Shown here: positions 12,402 through 24,201 of the stretch, piece by piece
How the letters are laid out: every line of letters starts with the position of its first letter
Numbering within the stretch: position 1 is the stretch's first letter
From: Octopus bimaculoides
Lineage: Eukaryota
Direction: 5' to 3'
DNA length: 64,000 nucleotides
NCBI RefSeq assembly: GCF_001194135.2
Contig: NC_068984.1
Coordinates: forward strand, 56,958,403-57,022,402
Notes under the pieces: model-generated
What the model was told of the DNA's origin: nothing
Databases searched by the model: none
The model's input: the letters and a program-made list of their open reading frames with translations, nothing else
Made by a program: the position numbers and the translations under genes

Positions 12402-12472
<71 letters not shown>
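12402..12472. repeat. (TA)n microsatellite
   Basis: Read directly from the sequence. Confidence 0.95.
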
Positions 12473-12475
<3 letters not shown>

Positions 12476-13127
12476 TGCGTGTGTGTATGCATCTATACAT
12501 ATAAATTTGACATGGTAGATTCTTTCTTGTCTTGGGATTCATGGTCAAACGGCTGGGTGGAATGGCATGGAAAAATGACACAAATGTGTAGAATGATCCA
12601 GTGTCTGTGCTGGGCTTTGTATTTTTTCATAGCTGTCATGGTTACCGAGATAATCAACTATAATAATACTCTTGTGTTTATGAATGAGAAAGGAAGGGGT
12701 AATAGATGAATAAGGAAAGAAGGGGTGATGTCATACTTGGTAGTGAGCTGGTGAAAATTGTACGCTGAAAAAATAAATCAAACAGCATTTCAACGCTGTG
12801 TGAATATATGTGCATGTATGTAAAAGGGAGGGTATGTGAATGTGTGTGTGTTTGTGTGTGTGCGTGTGCATGCACAATGGAAGTGGGATGGTTCATCTTT
12901 GTTTGCTTAGTATTTGGGTTTATTTTTTGATTTGGTTGAATCTTGGTTGGTTTTTTTTTTTTGTTGGTCAGTTATTTTTAGAGTTTTGACAGATAAAAAT
13001 CATTCTAAAATTGTTTTTTAACAGAAGCATGCCCAAACAAGTTGAATGCTTACACACAGCAGGTTTTACAGCCACATCATCCAAACTGACCGGGTGAAAC
13101 CGGGCTTAGCTGCTAGTATATATATAT

Positions 13128-13270
13128 NNNNNNNNNNNNNNNNNNNNNNNNNNNNNNNNNNNNNNNNNNNNNNNNNNNNNNNNNNNNNNNNNNNNNNNNN
13201 NNNNNNNNNNNNNNNNNNNNNNNNNNNNNNNNNNNNNNNNNNNNNNNNNNNNNNNNNNNNNNNNNNNNNN
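13128..13270. other. Assembly gap (143 N)
   Basis: N run flanked by (TA)n and (GT)n. Confidence 1.
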
Positions 13271-14364
13271 GTGTGTGTGTATCCATATGCATATACCTTT
13301 CCTTCACCTCCTTAAATTTCTCTATCATTTGCACTCTGTATAAGTTTGCCCTATTTGTATAAATATTTATATATTTATACATATAAATTCATCAGTCATC
13401 ATCTGAAAATTTCCACCATTTGTATTTGATATACTTAATATATTTAATATATTCGATGTGTCTAATTTGCTTATCTCGGTAATTGCTTCTATACATGTGT
13501 GTGTTGTTATACAGACACACATACATTAAATGTGAAAGTGGAACATATATTTTATTCAATTGATACAATTCAGTACAGTCTAAATTATAAAATTAAATAT
13601 TCATCCCTTGTGCACCCACCTATATTAAATAATGCATTACATCAACAAACATGGATTCAGTACATGTAAAAAGTACGATGAAAATAAGTTTTCTACTTAT
13701 TTTTCATGTTGTCTAATACTCTTCCCACTTCTGAAATATTATAGTCAGAATGAGTTGGAACAGTTACAGTACAGATACAGATCAGCACCAATGTTTCTCA
13801 GCTAATCACAGATGAAATTAAATTTAAAACAGAAATTTTGCAAGATTCTTTAGAAGTATTCTGCATAATTCAATTTTCACCTGTAAGCTGTAGTGGATTT
13901 AAGTGATATATGCTACCGGTAGAGTCTTTTTATTGTTAAATAATGCAAGTGGTTGTCATAAAGGATAAAGCTTAGTTATTTGCAGACTAACTCCGGTAAC
14001 TGAATTTATCCATTCTTCTTTCTAAGTATCTTCTTTGATGAATGTATTGATATGGTCTATAAGTAATATTAACAAAGTTAATGCAAAAAGAAAATAGTAA
14101 AAATAATAATGAATAAAAAGTATTTATGTTGCTTGAATTGAAATCAATGATTGCTATTGTTATCAGTATATTGATAGATAATGGTGATGATTTTCATGGT
14201 GGATTATTTTTAAGTCTATTGTGTTCTTACATTAAAATAAGCATACTATAGAAATCAGATTTTCAATTTTCTGGGCTATAGTGTTGTAAAGGTAGCTTTA
14301 TGTAAATAATTTCATAAGTTACTAATTCTGTTTTGCTTTAGCTATTTATTCTTGTTTGTTATAG

Positions 14365-14440
14365 GATCTCAGTGTGTTATTCTCTGGACTTCCTGAGTCA
14401 AGCCCCTTATTGATATTACATATTGATCTTGCAAAAATCT
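14365..14440 (+). CDS. Candidate coding exon (76 nt, phase 0>1): DLSVLFSGLPESSPLLILHIDLAKI
   Basis: Acceptor tttattcttgtttgttatag| and donor T|gtgaga; only one frame is open; phase matches the 6121-6189 exon. Confidence 0.75.
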
Positions 14441-14545
14441 GTGAGATAAGGAAACATATGATGAAAACCTATGCTAAAACAATATCTCAAAATGGCTAAA
14501 ACTTTCAGTAAATTGTACCCATTCAGAAGTTGTAACTATTTAATG

Positions 14546-14743
14546 CCTTACCTGGGATTGAACTCAGAACATCTTTATCTACTATACTATGCCTGTGGGT
14601 TAATTTCTACTATAGACATAATATCTTTATCTACTACACTATGTCTGTAGGTTAATTTCTACAGTGGACATAGCATAGTAGATAAAGGTGTTGGTTAATA
14701 CAGTGCAGTCACCTAGATATTCTGAGTTCAATCCCAGGCAAGG
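14546..14743. repeat. Fold-back/MITE-like element with 29-bp terminal inverted repeats and an internal ~50-bp direct duplication
   Basis: ccttacctgggattgaactcagaacatct vs agatattctgagttcaatcccaggcaagg (2 mismatches); inner inverted copy catagcatagtagataaaggtgtt. Confidence 0.75.
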
Positions 14744-14829
14744 TACTAAGATAATTCATAAAAATCAACTGAAGCAAAACATATCGTGAAACACAGAGAG
14801 CAGAATAAGAACAGTACACCCACATGAAT

Positions 14830-15000
14830 CAAGCAGAAAGTTAGGATCGAAATTCCAGCCCAAGAGACCTGAAGAAGGCTGGAGCAGACAGCAGCTGAAA
14901 CATAGTGAAAGCAACAATCAAGATGAGGACACCGGTCCAACTAACATAAACAATACACATAATATAAATTCTTCATCTCAGAAATATAGAATTGTGTTAC
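14830..15000 (+). mobile_element. Penelope terminus fragment with a hammerhead-like motif
   Basis: gagacCTGAAGAaggctggagcagacagcagctGAAAC at about 14864-14901; homologous to 3403-3533. Confidence 0.65.
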
Positions 15001-15202
15001 TTATAAGTTAGGAAAATAAATTTTATATCAGTATTATCTCTTCTGCTTCTGTGGAAAATATTTTTTGTTCTTAACACAATGTTAGAAGTCATTATACAAT
15101 ATGTTTAGTAATATAGTCACCTTCCTTATTAATAAATATAAAATGCAGAGTTCAAAAATGGCCTACATTATACTTTATTAGTTTCAAGACATAATGGTAT
15201 AA

Positions 15203-15380
15203 CTCTTTTACTCTTTTACTTCAGTCATTTGACTGTGGCCATGCTGGAGCACCGCCTTTAGTCGAGCAAATTGACCCCAGGACTTATTCTTTGTAAGCCT
15301 AGTACTTATTCTATTGGTCTCTTTTACAAGTTACGGGGACGTAAACACACCAACATCGGTTGTCAAGCGATGTTGGGGGA

Positions 15381-15441
<61 letters not shown>

Positions 15442-15595
15442 GGTGGGCTTCTTTCAGTTTCCGTCTACCAAATCCACTCACAAGGCTTTGGTCGCCCTGA
15501 GGCTTTTAGTAGAAGACACTTGCCCAAGGTGTCACGCAGTGGGACTGAACCCAGAACCATGTGGTTGGTAAGAAAGCTACTTACCACACAGCCAC
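15203..15595 (-). mobile_element. tRNA-derived SINE (family A) with an expanded internal (CA)n
   Basis: The minus strand starts gtggctgtgtggtaagtagc..ggttctgggttcagtccc (A/B boxes) and ends aaaggcggtgctccagcatggccacagtcaaatgactgaagtaaaagagtaaaagag. Confidence 0.9.
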
Positions 15596-15718
15596 GCTCT
15601 CTATGTTTCACGATATGTATAAATTGAAAAAGAATTTAATTTTAATTTCCTTTTAAAGAAAGGGGAAAAAAAACAAAACAAATTGATTAAAGTTCTTTTA
15701 ACCTTAGACCTATCACAG

Positions 15719-15852
15719 TTCTGCAACCTGATTTGGTTAATATTCTGATTTTTATCAAGATAAATGTAGATAAAAACTTGTTTTACTTGGAAAGTACCTG
15801 TCTTCCTGCATATGGTACCTATTACCTTCACTACTATAACCAAATGGAACAG
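15719..15852 (+). CDS. Candidate coding exon (134 nt, phase 1>0): (F)LQPDLVNILIFIKINVDKNLFYLESTCLPAYGTYYLHYYNQMEQ
   Basis: Acceptor ttttaaccttagacctatcacag| and donor CAG|gtacaa; open frame that overlaps track ORF 15733-16077; LQPDLV and TCLP resemble recalled GEMIN4 motifs. An alternative phase-2 donor exists at 15885. Confidence 0.5.
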
Positions 15853-15888
15853 GTACAAAATATTTCCAGATGGCGTATGCACATGTAC

Positions 15889-15904
15889 AACACACACACA
15901 CACA

Positions 15905-15941
<37 letters not shown>

Positions 15942-15962
15942 CATTTCTCTCTCTCTCCCTCC

Positions 15963-16008
<46 letters not shown>
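15889..16008. repeat. Compound microsatellite (CA)n(CTGT)n(CT)n(CTAT)n
   Basis: Read directly from the sequence. Confidence 0.95.
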
Positions 16009-16009
<1 letters not shown>

Positions 16010-16133
16010 ACATTCTCTCATTCTCACACAAATTACTGAACTCTTCTTTTGAAACATTAAGTATCTCAATTGACTGACAAGATTTTATGAAATAAATAGC
16101 TAACTGCTTTTTACTTCCTTCCTGTTTCTGTAG

Positions 16134-16306
16134 TTAAGACCATATGAATCAGATGAGATATTTTTAATCATATGATTTTCATTCTTTTGCATAATCAGGG
16201 GCTACTTTATCCCATTTCACTTAATCTGTAATAAATGTTGTCAAGCTTTATCAGAAAAAGATCACTTTGCAGATTTACTGATTTTTGTGTTCGTATGTGG
16301 CAGTAT
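16134..16306 (+). CDS. Candidate exon (0>2) with in-frame TGA at 16173-16175; stop-free alternative 16199-16306 (2>2): GYFIPFHLICNKCCQALSEKDHFADLLIFVFVCGS
   Basis: Very strong acceptor tttttacttccttcctgtttctgtag| at 16133, second acceptor ttcattcttttgcataatcag| at 16198, donor AT|gtgagt at 16307. The donor abuts a GT microsatellite, so it may be spurious. Confidence 0.35.
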
Positions 16307-18180
16307 GTGAGTGTGTGTGAATGCATGTGTGAGTGTGTATGCATGTGTGTGTGGCTGTACACCTTTGGTTAGTACATCATAGCTTAATGAGTATTGAACA
16401 AACGAGAATAGTAGGAAGTAGAATGAAAAATTATCCCTCTTTTATAGATGATAAAGTATACTGTAAACGTGTTACACTGGCAGAACTACTAAATAAGTAA
16501 TGTTTAACACATGATAATTATACATGCATAGATATATATATGTATATATGTGTGTGTGTGTGTGTATAATATATATATACACGTGTGTGTGTGTGTGCAC
16601 TTACACGCACATATATATATATTCAGTTTGTGAAGAGTTTTTGTACTCTAATAAGATCATATTACTCTACCTTTGGTATTTGAGTACTATTTCTTTCCAC
16701 CTTGTTTCACATTTATGTGCTTACTTGTGTGTGTGTATACATATCAGCATCATCATCATTATCATCATCATTTTTATGCCTGGTGTTTCTAATCTAGCAT
16801 TTGTTGAGCAAGATTTAATGAGGCAATACAATACAACCAGATGCCCTTCTTGTTACCAATCTGTAGTTGTTTTGAAAGCCAGGTGTTTTTATTACACTAA
16901 TCTTTCTTTACTGCTGAGCCATATGGATATATTGTTCATGAGAAATGTAAGCAATTGCACAGATTTTCAAAAGATGTTAATGTGAAGACATGCTGAAACA
17001 GTATGCATGCACTCACATGCAGGTGTACACATATATGACAGGCTTCCATAGAGTTTCCATCCATCAACTATCATTGGTTGGCTTAAAGCTATAGTAGAAG
17101 ACCCTTGTCAAGGTGCCATGCAATGGGATAAAATCTGAAATCACATGATTGCAAAGTGAACTTGAAAACCACATGACCTGTTTGTGTGTGTATGTGTGTG
17201 TGTGTATGCGTTTGTGTAAAAAATAGAACTTTAGTAAAATAGTGGTGGTTTGGGATTGTAAAAATTATACAGTGATAGGGAAAGAGAAATATATACAATA
17301 GCTAATCTTGTTGCAAACCAACTTATTTGTTTTGAATATATGAGTTCATAAATCAAATAACATAACATCTTAATAAATTCATTAATTTAACTTATTTAAT
17401 TGGGAGCTGGATTGACAACTTCATTAGAACAAAATGATTTATAGTATTAAGCTATAACTACTCACATTCATTTTTCTGGTTAGAGTTGATTTAATTTATT
17501 TTCCTCTCTCCTGAAACTTGTGGTCATATGCCTATGTTAGACTCTAGTAGTTTAACTTATTTAATCATTCAGTTATGCATTTTTTATTATTAATTTTGTA
17601 TGAACTTTGTGTCAGTCAGAGATCACACCCATAGATTCTGTGTACATGTACCTACTCATATACATACATACATACATACATACATACATACATACATACA
17701 TACGTGTGTGTGTGTGTGGATATATATACCATTCATCCATTTTTCTATGCTTGCATGGGCCAAATGAAATTTGTCGAGGCAAACTTTTTTCTATGGCTGG
17801 ATGCTCTTCTTGTTGCCAACCCTCATCTGCTTCCGAGCAAGGTAATGTTTCCCCATGACCAGACATATTTTTCATGGAAGACTGGAAATGAACAACATAG
17901 ATTGTATGATGGTGATACTTATTTATAATCATCACATAATGTTGAGACAAGGGTATGCACATGCACACAATCACAATGGTTCAGTGGGCTTCTTCCAGTT
18001 TATGTCTACCAAATCCACTTACTGGGCTTTAGTTGACCTAGGGATATAACAGAAGACACTTGCTCAAAGTGCCAAGCAGTGGGACTGAATCGGAAACATC
18101 ATGGTTGGGAAGCAGTCTTCTTAATTACACAGCCATGCTTGTGTTTATGCATGTGTGTGTGTGTGTGTGTGCGCGCGCAT

Positions 18181-18211
<31 letters not shown>

Positions 18212-18679
18212 TGTATATGTGTGTGTGTGTGTGTGAATGATTGAATCAGTATGACATGGTCTCAGATCCTTAAAAGTAGGGAGTAACTCTGAATAACCTG
18301 AGCTGTGACAAGTCATTTAGTTTATACTAACATGGAAAAGTAGATGTGAAATTGATGTTGATTACATATATATATATAATGAAATACAATAATTCTGAGT
18401 TCTTAATTAGTATCAAGCAATTAAATAGTTTTAAGTGCATTTTTAAGTGATATCATCCAGCCCCTCAGCAACTGTACCTTTGTCTGTCTCTGTCTCCTCC
18501 TTCCTTTTCTCTCCCCTGTCTCTGTTATACATACACACTTTGCTCACTTATCCTATTGTGTATATCTCTTCCCCCACTTGTGTGTGTGCATGCACACAAT
18601 AACACACAACACACTATCGTCTGTTTTATGCTTGTTATAAAGAACAGAACATAAGCAGCTAATTATCTTTTTATTGCAG

Positions 18680-18752
18680 ATTTTTATCAACTTTTAACTG
18701 GTTCCAGCATAATTATAACCAAATTCAAGGGTTCACAGCAAAAATATGTTAT
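18680..18752 (+). CDS. Candidate coding exon (73 nt): FLSTFNWFQHNYNQIQGFTAKICY (2>0 frame) or YFYQLLTGSSIIITKFKGSQQKYV (1>2 frame)
   Basis: Acceptor attatctttttattgcag| and donor |gtttgt at 18753 (alternative |gttatg at 18748); two frames are open. Confidence 0.65.
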
Positions 18753-19629
18753 GTTTGTCATAGTGTCAATATGAAAGTACATAGCTTATCATGACATTAT
18801 AGAACTTCCTTAGAAACTTCTATATCTTTGTAAAAATATAATCTTATCATTAAAATTTTACTTAGACTATATGTTACAAACTAGATATGTTCAGAGATTA
18901 TGTAAGTGCATATTAATTATTGATATGGCTAGTGTTAGTGAGGAAACGCATTCATAAAATGTACCCAAGGGAAACTGAACGACACAAAAACATATTTGCT
19001 CATAGTCTGTGAATGCATAAAAGGAAGTGATGATACATGGTGCAGATTACACTATGTGTAATTGGTTGCTTAGCGAGAGGAATGACTAAGGTTAAAAGGC
19101 AAATAAACTAGACAGTGAATTGTCAGAGATATTAGAGGATCACATGAAATGTCTTGCAATGCTTTTTTGTTACCTAGGATGGTGGACTGGTGGAAATGTT
19201 AGACTGTTGAATGGGATGCTTTGCAGTGCTTGTTCCATCGTTTTGCATTTTTGTCTTAGCTTACTTGTTCAAATCCTGTCTTAGCTTGCTTGTAGACTTA
19301 ATCCATTGCCCTCTTTAACACCACCTGGTCCTTGGTGCCTTTAGTGATGATGTCCACTTGTTGCAAGCATTCAGGCCATGTGTCTAATTTGCTCCTTCCT
19401 TCCATTCTACCACTATTGGAAGGTCTTTAAAGAGCTATGGTCACTGCCTCTTCTTCTGACTAAAAGATAAAAATAATAACCATGGGTCAGTAAGCAGTTG
19501 GAGAAATGTATAAGCATAGGTAAAATATAATTATTGTTGTTTAGATCCAAGTCATCTCTGAACAGACCTATGACCAAAGGCATACCAGCTATGACCATTC
19601 CATCTTTGGTTATAGTGTACCTAGAGGTC

Positions 19630-20400
19630 CCTTCAGAACATAAAGACGGACGAAATGCCGCTAAGCATTCTGCCCACTTGCTGCCTGAATAATGGTTTCA
19701 AATCTTGGCTCAAGGTCAGCAATTTTGAGGAAGGGTCAAACTCATTTACATCAACCCCAATTCTCAACTGGTACTTATTTTATCAACCATGAAAAGAAGA
19801 AAGGCAAAGTTGACCTTAGTGAAATTTGAACTCAGAATATAAAAGTGGACAAAATGTCATTTAGCATTTTTCTTGCTGTGCTAACAATTCTGTGAGCTCG
19901 GGGCCTAAATAATAATGATTTCTTTTATAACAATAATAATGATCCTTTCTACATTGAGCACAAAGCCTGAATTTTGGTGGGAGGAGGCTAGTCAATTATG
20001 AGACTTCCAGTGCTTCATTGGTACTTTTTATATCAACTCCAAAAAGATGAAGGGTAAAGTTGGCTTCAGTGGAGTTTGAACTCAGAGCATAAACCAGAAG
20101 AAAGATTGCTAAGCATTTTATCTGGCATGCTGATGATTTTACCAGTCTGTCGCCATTATAATAATAATAATAATAATAATAATATTAATAATAATAATAT
20201 TGCTTCAAATTTTGGCACAGGGTCAGCAATTTCAAGAGGATGGGTGGAGCTTAATCAATTTCATCAACTTAGTACTTTATTTTATGGGCCCTGAAGATAT
20301 GAAAGGTAAAGTTGACCTTGCTAGGGTTTGAACTCAGAACATAAACTGTCAGAATAAATGCTGTATAGCATTTTTTCTGATGCTCTAATAATGATTCTAC
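19630..20400 (-). mobile_element. Tandem cluster of 3-4 family C SINE copies separated by (AAT)n
   Basis: Repeated ggtacttattttatcaacc..gaaaggcaaagttgacc..gaatttgaactcaga blocks. Confidence 0.8.
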
Positions 20401-20419
20401 CAATCCACCATCACCATCA

Positions 20420-20690
20420 CTATCATCATTTAGCATCCGTTTTCCATACTAGCATGGACTGGACTGTTTAACAGGAGCTGGCAAGGCTGGGAGTTATCCA
20501 GGCTCCATTGTTGGATGCCCTTCTTAATGTCAACCACTTTACAGAGTGTACTGGGTGTCTTTTTACATGGCACCAACATGGGTGATTTTCACATGGCACT
20601 TGCACATGTGCTTTTCACATGGCACTTGCACATGTGCTTTTCACATGGCACTAGCACTGACAGTGTTACCAAGTGCCTTGCAAAAAGACA
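20420..20690 (-). mobile_element. Family F SINE copy with a 26-bp tandem repeat (20586-20657)
   Basis: atcatcatttagcatccgttttccatactagcatgg..ggatgcccttcttaatgtcaaccac; unit ttttcacatggcacttgcacatgtgc repeated about 2.8 times. Confidence 0.75.
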
Positions 20691-21228
20691 AAAGAGAAAG
20701 CAAAAACCCCTGGACTGGGAATGGGGAGAAATGTTGAGGGATGAGTGGCTTTGTGCCAGTTGAGAGATTAAACACAAAGGTAGGAATCTTGCTGTAAATA
20801 CATGGATTACCCAGTTGGAAAAGAAAGGAGAGTGAGTTAAAAAGTAAGACAAGATAAAAAGAGTGGTAGTGTGAGAAATATAGTGAAGATGTGTTGGGAC
20901 ATGCCTTTGAAGGACTTTGGGGTTGGTGAGGATAGGTGAAGTGATACAGAGCTTTGGACTGGGTGAGTGGGCAGAATAGAGGTGACTATAGCAAATGATG
21001 GAAAGAAATGCAAGAGAGGCTTGGGGGCAGGGGTTGCCGTAGATATGTGAGGGCAGGATAGGTGATGAGAAGCAAGTGAGTTGTGACAGTTGGTAGAGGA
21101 AGGCAATCATAAATGGAAGTGGTTCGGGGTGGGGAAGAAAGGTAACTGAGAAAGCTGGGGCATGTAATATGTGCCTATGTTGTTTTCAGGTGATAGAGAA
21201 GTGATGGGTGTTAAGGGTATAATAATAA

Positions 21229-21356
21229 TAATCCTTTCTATTTTAGGCACAAGGCCTGAAATTTGGGTGATATAGATAATTGATTACATTGACTCCAGTG
21301 TTTCACTGGTACTTAATTTATCAACCCCGAAAAGATGAAAGGCTAACTCGACCTCG

Positions 21357-21360
<4 letters not shown>
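21229..21360 (-). mobile_element. Truncated family C SINE between (AAT)n runs
   Basis: aatcctttctattttaggcacaaggcctgaaatt..accccgaaaagatgaaaggc. Confidence 0.8.
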
Positions 21361-21391
<31 letters not shown>

Positions 21392-23504
21392 GCATGAATA
21401 ATCCATAATGCAACATGAATTTATTCACTATAAGTTTCAGCAGTATCCACTACAGAGTTAGTTGTTTATAAGGGTATTCATAACAACAACAGCAGGTAGT
21501 AATTGCAGTATCTTTTATAAATTCAAACATTTCTATTGTCAATTTAATACAAGGTAATTTACATAGTTATTGCATTCTTCTCTTACTAACACACAATATT
21601 ATCAATGTGATATCTGCAACGTTTCAATATTCTTAAGTGTGATCACATAATACAGAATATTCAAGTGAATCATATCTTTCTATGGGTTTTTTAATGTAAG
21701 TAGATTGATGCAGCACAAAGGCAATAAATGGTTCAATATTTTGTAGTATTTGATCAGGTTGTTATATAGGTGCTTCATCAAGAATCAGAATAGACAAGTC
21801 AAGGTAATTTGGGGGAATATTAATATTTACAGTTGAAGCACTCACATAATAACTAACCTCAGCTTGAGTGTCTCCTGATTGGACCAGGTCACTTATTGTT
21901 GCTGTTTCTTCTCAATCACTGGAAACATGAATGTCAGTATACTGGAAGCTCCAATAGGCTAACTTCTTCAGCTAAAAGTGTTGCCTTTTTAACCAAAGTA
22001 CATCCTATCAGAACCTTTCCAAGCAAGGAAAGACAAATTGCCATGTTCATTTCTGTAGTTTTTTTCAAGTAATGGCAAAAAGATGCTCGTGGGTTGTTGG
22101 GTTTGTAGATATAAACAATATGAATCAAAATAACATGATGGATTGAGTAAAACAGATTCTTGCATAGGGATAAATAGGTTTTCAGGTTTTTAGTTAATGT
22201 TGATATCATGTGTTCCCAGATGATACTAATGTAATGTTTGCACTGCCTATTTTTGGTGGGGTGATATAGGAGCAGGTGACTAGTTGAGATACTCCTGCTA
22301 AGTAAAAAAAAAAAAGACTTTTTTTTCAATATTATTGGCAAAATAAGTGAAATAAAGTACAATTATAGATGGACCATAAGTCCCTTTAATGAGAAGTTTA
22401 TATTTTCTCAATATCATTTGTAGTAATAATAATTTTTTATTAAGGTCATACATCAGCAGGTAGAATGTTGTCAATGAAATCAACCCCAGAATATATGTGA
22501 TATGTATTTTATTGAGCCCAAAAGGGTAAAAGACAAAGCCAACATTGTCAGAATTTGCATTTAGAAAGTATAACAGTGGTATTAAATAATGTAAATAAAA
22601 CATTTAATCTAGCACCTTACCAGTTCTACTTCTCCATCCTTTTGCTGTCATTCTAAATTTGCTTTATTTAAAGTCTGTGGTGATAACATCAACCGTATAT
22701 AGATAAATCAAGTCTACATGAACTCTTGTAACATAATTTAATGGTGGGGTGGTAGAGTCTGGAATTCTTTTTTGTTTTTGTTTTGCAAGTTGCTTTCTGA
22801 AGTGGCAGGTTATTGTTTGTTGTAAGCCTGCGATAGGAAAGGTTGCAATTATTAATTTAAAGGTGTAATTCTGGAGCGTACAGTGAGTCTTGCCATCAGG
22901 AGTCTGGAGCTTTTATTATCATTAAAGGGAGAATAAAACAGTCTATTCAGAAATAGTTGGTCATCTGTTGTGTAATTGTGACTGCTACTGCATAGAGATA
23001 AACTCCCAGTGAACCTGGCTTTGATTCTTGGTTGACATTTACACTGATAATAACTTGAAAAAAAAAAAAAATGTATGTCACAAATTCTTTAGTACTCATA
23101 TTGTTAATACCTAAGAAAAGTATGCATATCACAGATTCTCATTTTCTTCTCTAATCATGATGCTGGGGCCGTATGTAAAATATCTAATTTTGTTGAAAAT
23201 CAATTCTGTCCTGAATCCAGTAGTAAAATTTGTTTTGTATTCAAGCCTCGCTTTTTTACCCCAATAAATGCAAAAATGTTGTGTTATGGTGGATACTATC
23301 TTTTGAAAAGCTTTAACATGTTAAATGAGAGCTCTTCAGAATTTGAACCTTAATGAATTTTTCTATGACATAGCACAAAAGTGAGTTGACACATCACTGA
23401 TGAAATGCCACTACTGATTTTAATAAAATCAGTTTTACTCTTTTTTTTCTTTTTTTGTTTTTTTTCCTTCCTTTTTTGGTTTTTTTTTAACTATTGAGAT
23501 CAGG

Positions 23505-23690
23505 ATTCTATTGCTAAATTTCGATGTTTTATCATATGCTGAAGACTCAACACTTTTTATAAGTTACTCTATTTAATGGCATATAAGATGTATGTAATGT
23601 AAGCAAGACCTTTCCTCATTTCAATAGGGAGTATTCAGTGTTAGATTTGATTGAATTTAAATATTTAAGGTTTATTGAAATATGTAGCTT
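23505..23690 (+). pseudogene. Highly decayed LINE reverse-transcriptase fragment
   Basis: Translates as VLSYAEDSTLF (YADD-like) and, further on, LIEFKYLRF (FKYLG-like). Confidence 0.4.
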
Positions 23691-23961
23691 CTTTATAGAA
23701 GGAAAATGTTAATGCAAAGCAGCAAACAAGACATCAAGAAAATTCATTTGAATAACATTGAGTTGATACTGTTGGTTGTGAGTGTGAATACAAATTTTTG
23801 GTGTACAATGATAGATGGCATCAGAATCAGGTAATGATGGTAATGAATTTTAACATTACTATTTCTCACCATTCCCCAAATTTCAGGTTGTTTCAAAAGC
23901 TAATGAATGTTTTCAAGTTTAAAAAAAGAATAAAATAAGTATGAGAGCTGAGACATAGTTT

Positions 23962-24201
23962 CTAAGAGTTGCAATTTCAGCAATAGGTATGACTTAGTTT
24001 TTTAGCAATTTAGTATTGCCTGAACAAAAATTAGTCTCTGGACAACTAGATAAATTATTGATTCCTTTTTTTTAACTGAAGTACTGATGACAACAACAGT
24101 GCTGCCACCATCATCCATGTCGTCTGCAGGACACTTTTAGTTCAATATGAGAGGCAAAACAGTACACTCTTTGTACGACACATGCAGCGCACACTTTCAT
24201 A
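23962..24201 (+). repeat. Local direct duplication, copy 1 (copy 2 at 26441-26682)
   Basis: About 240 bp starting ctaagagttgcaatttcagcaataggtatgac; roughly 90% identical by eye. Confidence 0.95.

Noticed and set aside
16798-16882. Stop-free phase 1>2 candidate exon (SFVEQDLMRQYNTTRCPSCYQSVVVLKAR) that would link 14440 to 18680
   Set aside because: It overlaps a decayed (CAT)n-tailed SINE (gatgcccttcttgttaccaatc) and shows no resemblance to the putative homolog. RNA-seq could revive it.
21600-22360. Minus-strand LSILILDEAPI (Pif1/Helitron-like DEAP) and plus-strand VPDDTNVMF motifs
   Set aside because: Isolated short motifs amid many stops; not enough to name an element.
23499-23564. Apparent exon after a long polypyrimidine tract
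   Set aside because: The peptide looks like a decayed LINE RT (YAED), and the phases do not fit the chain.
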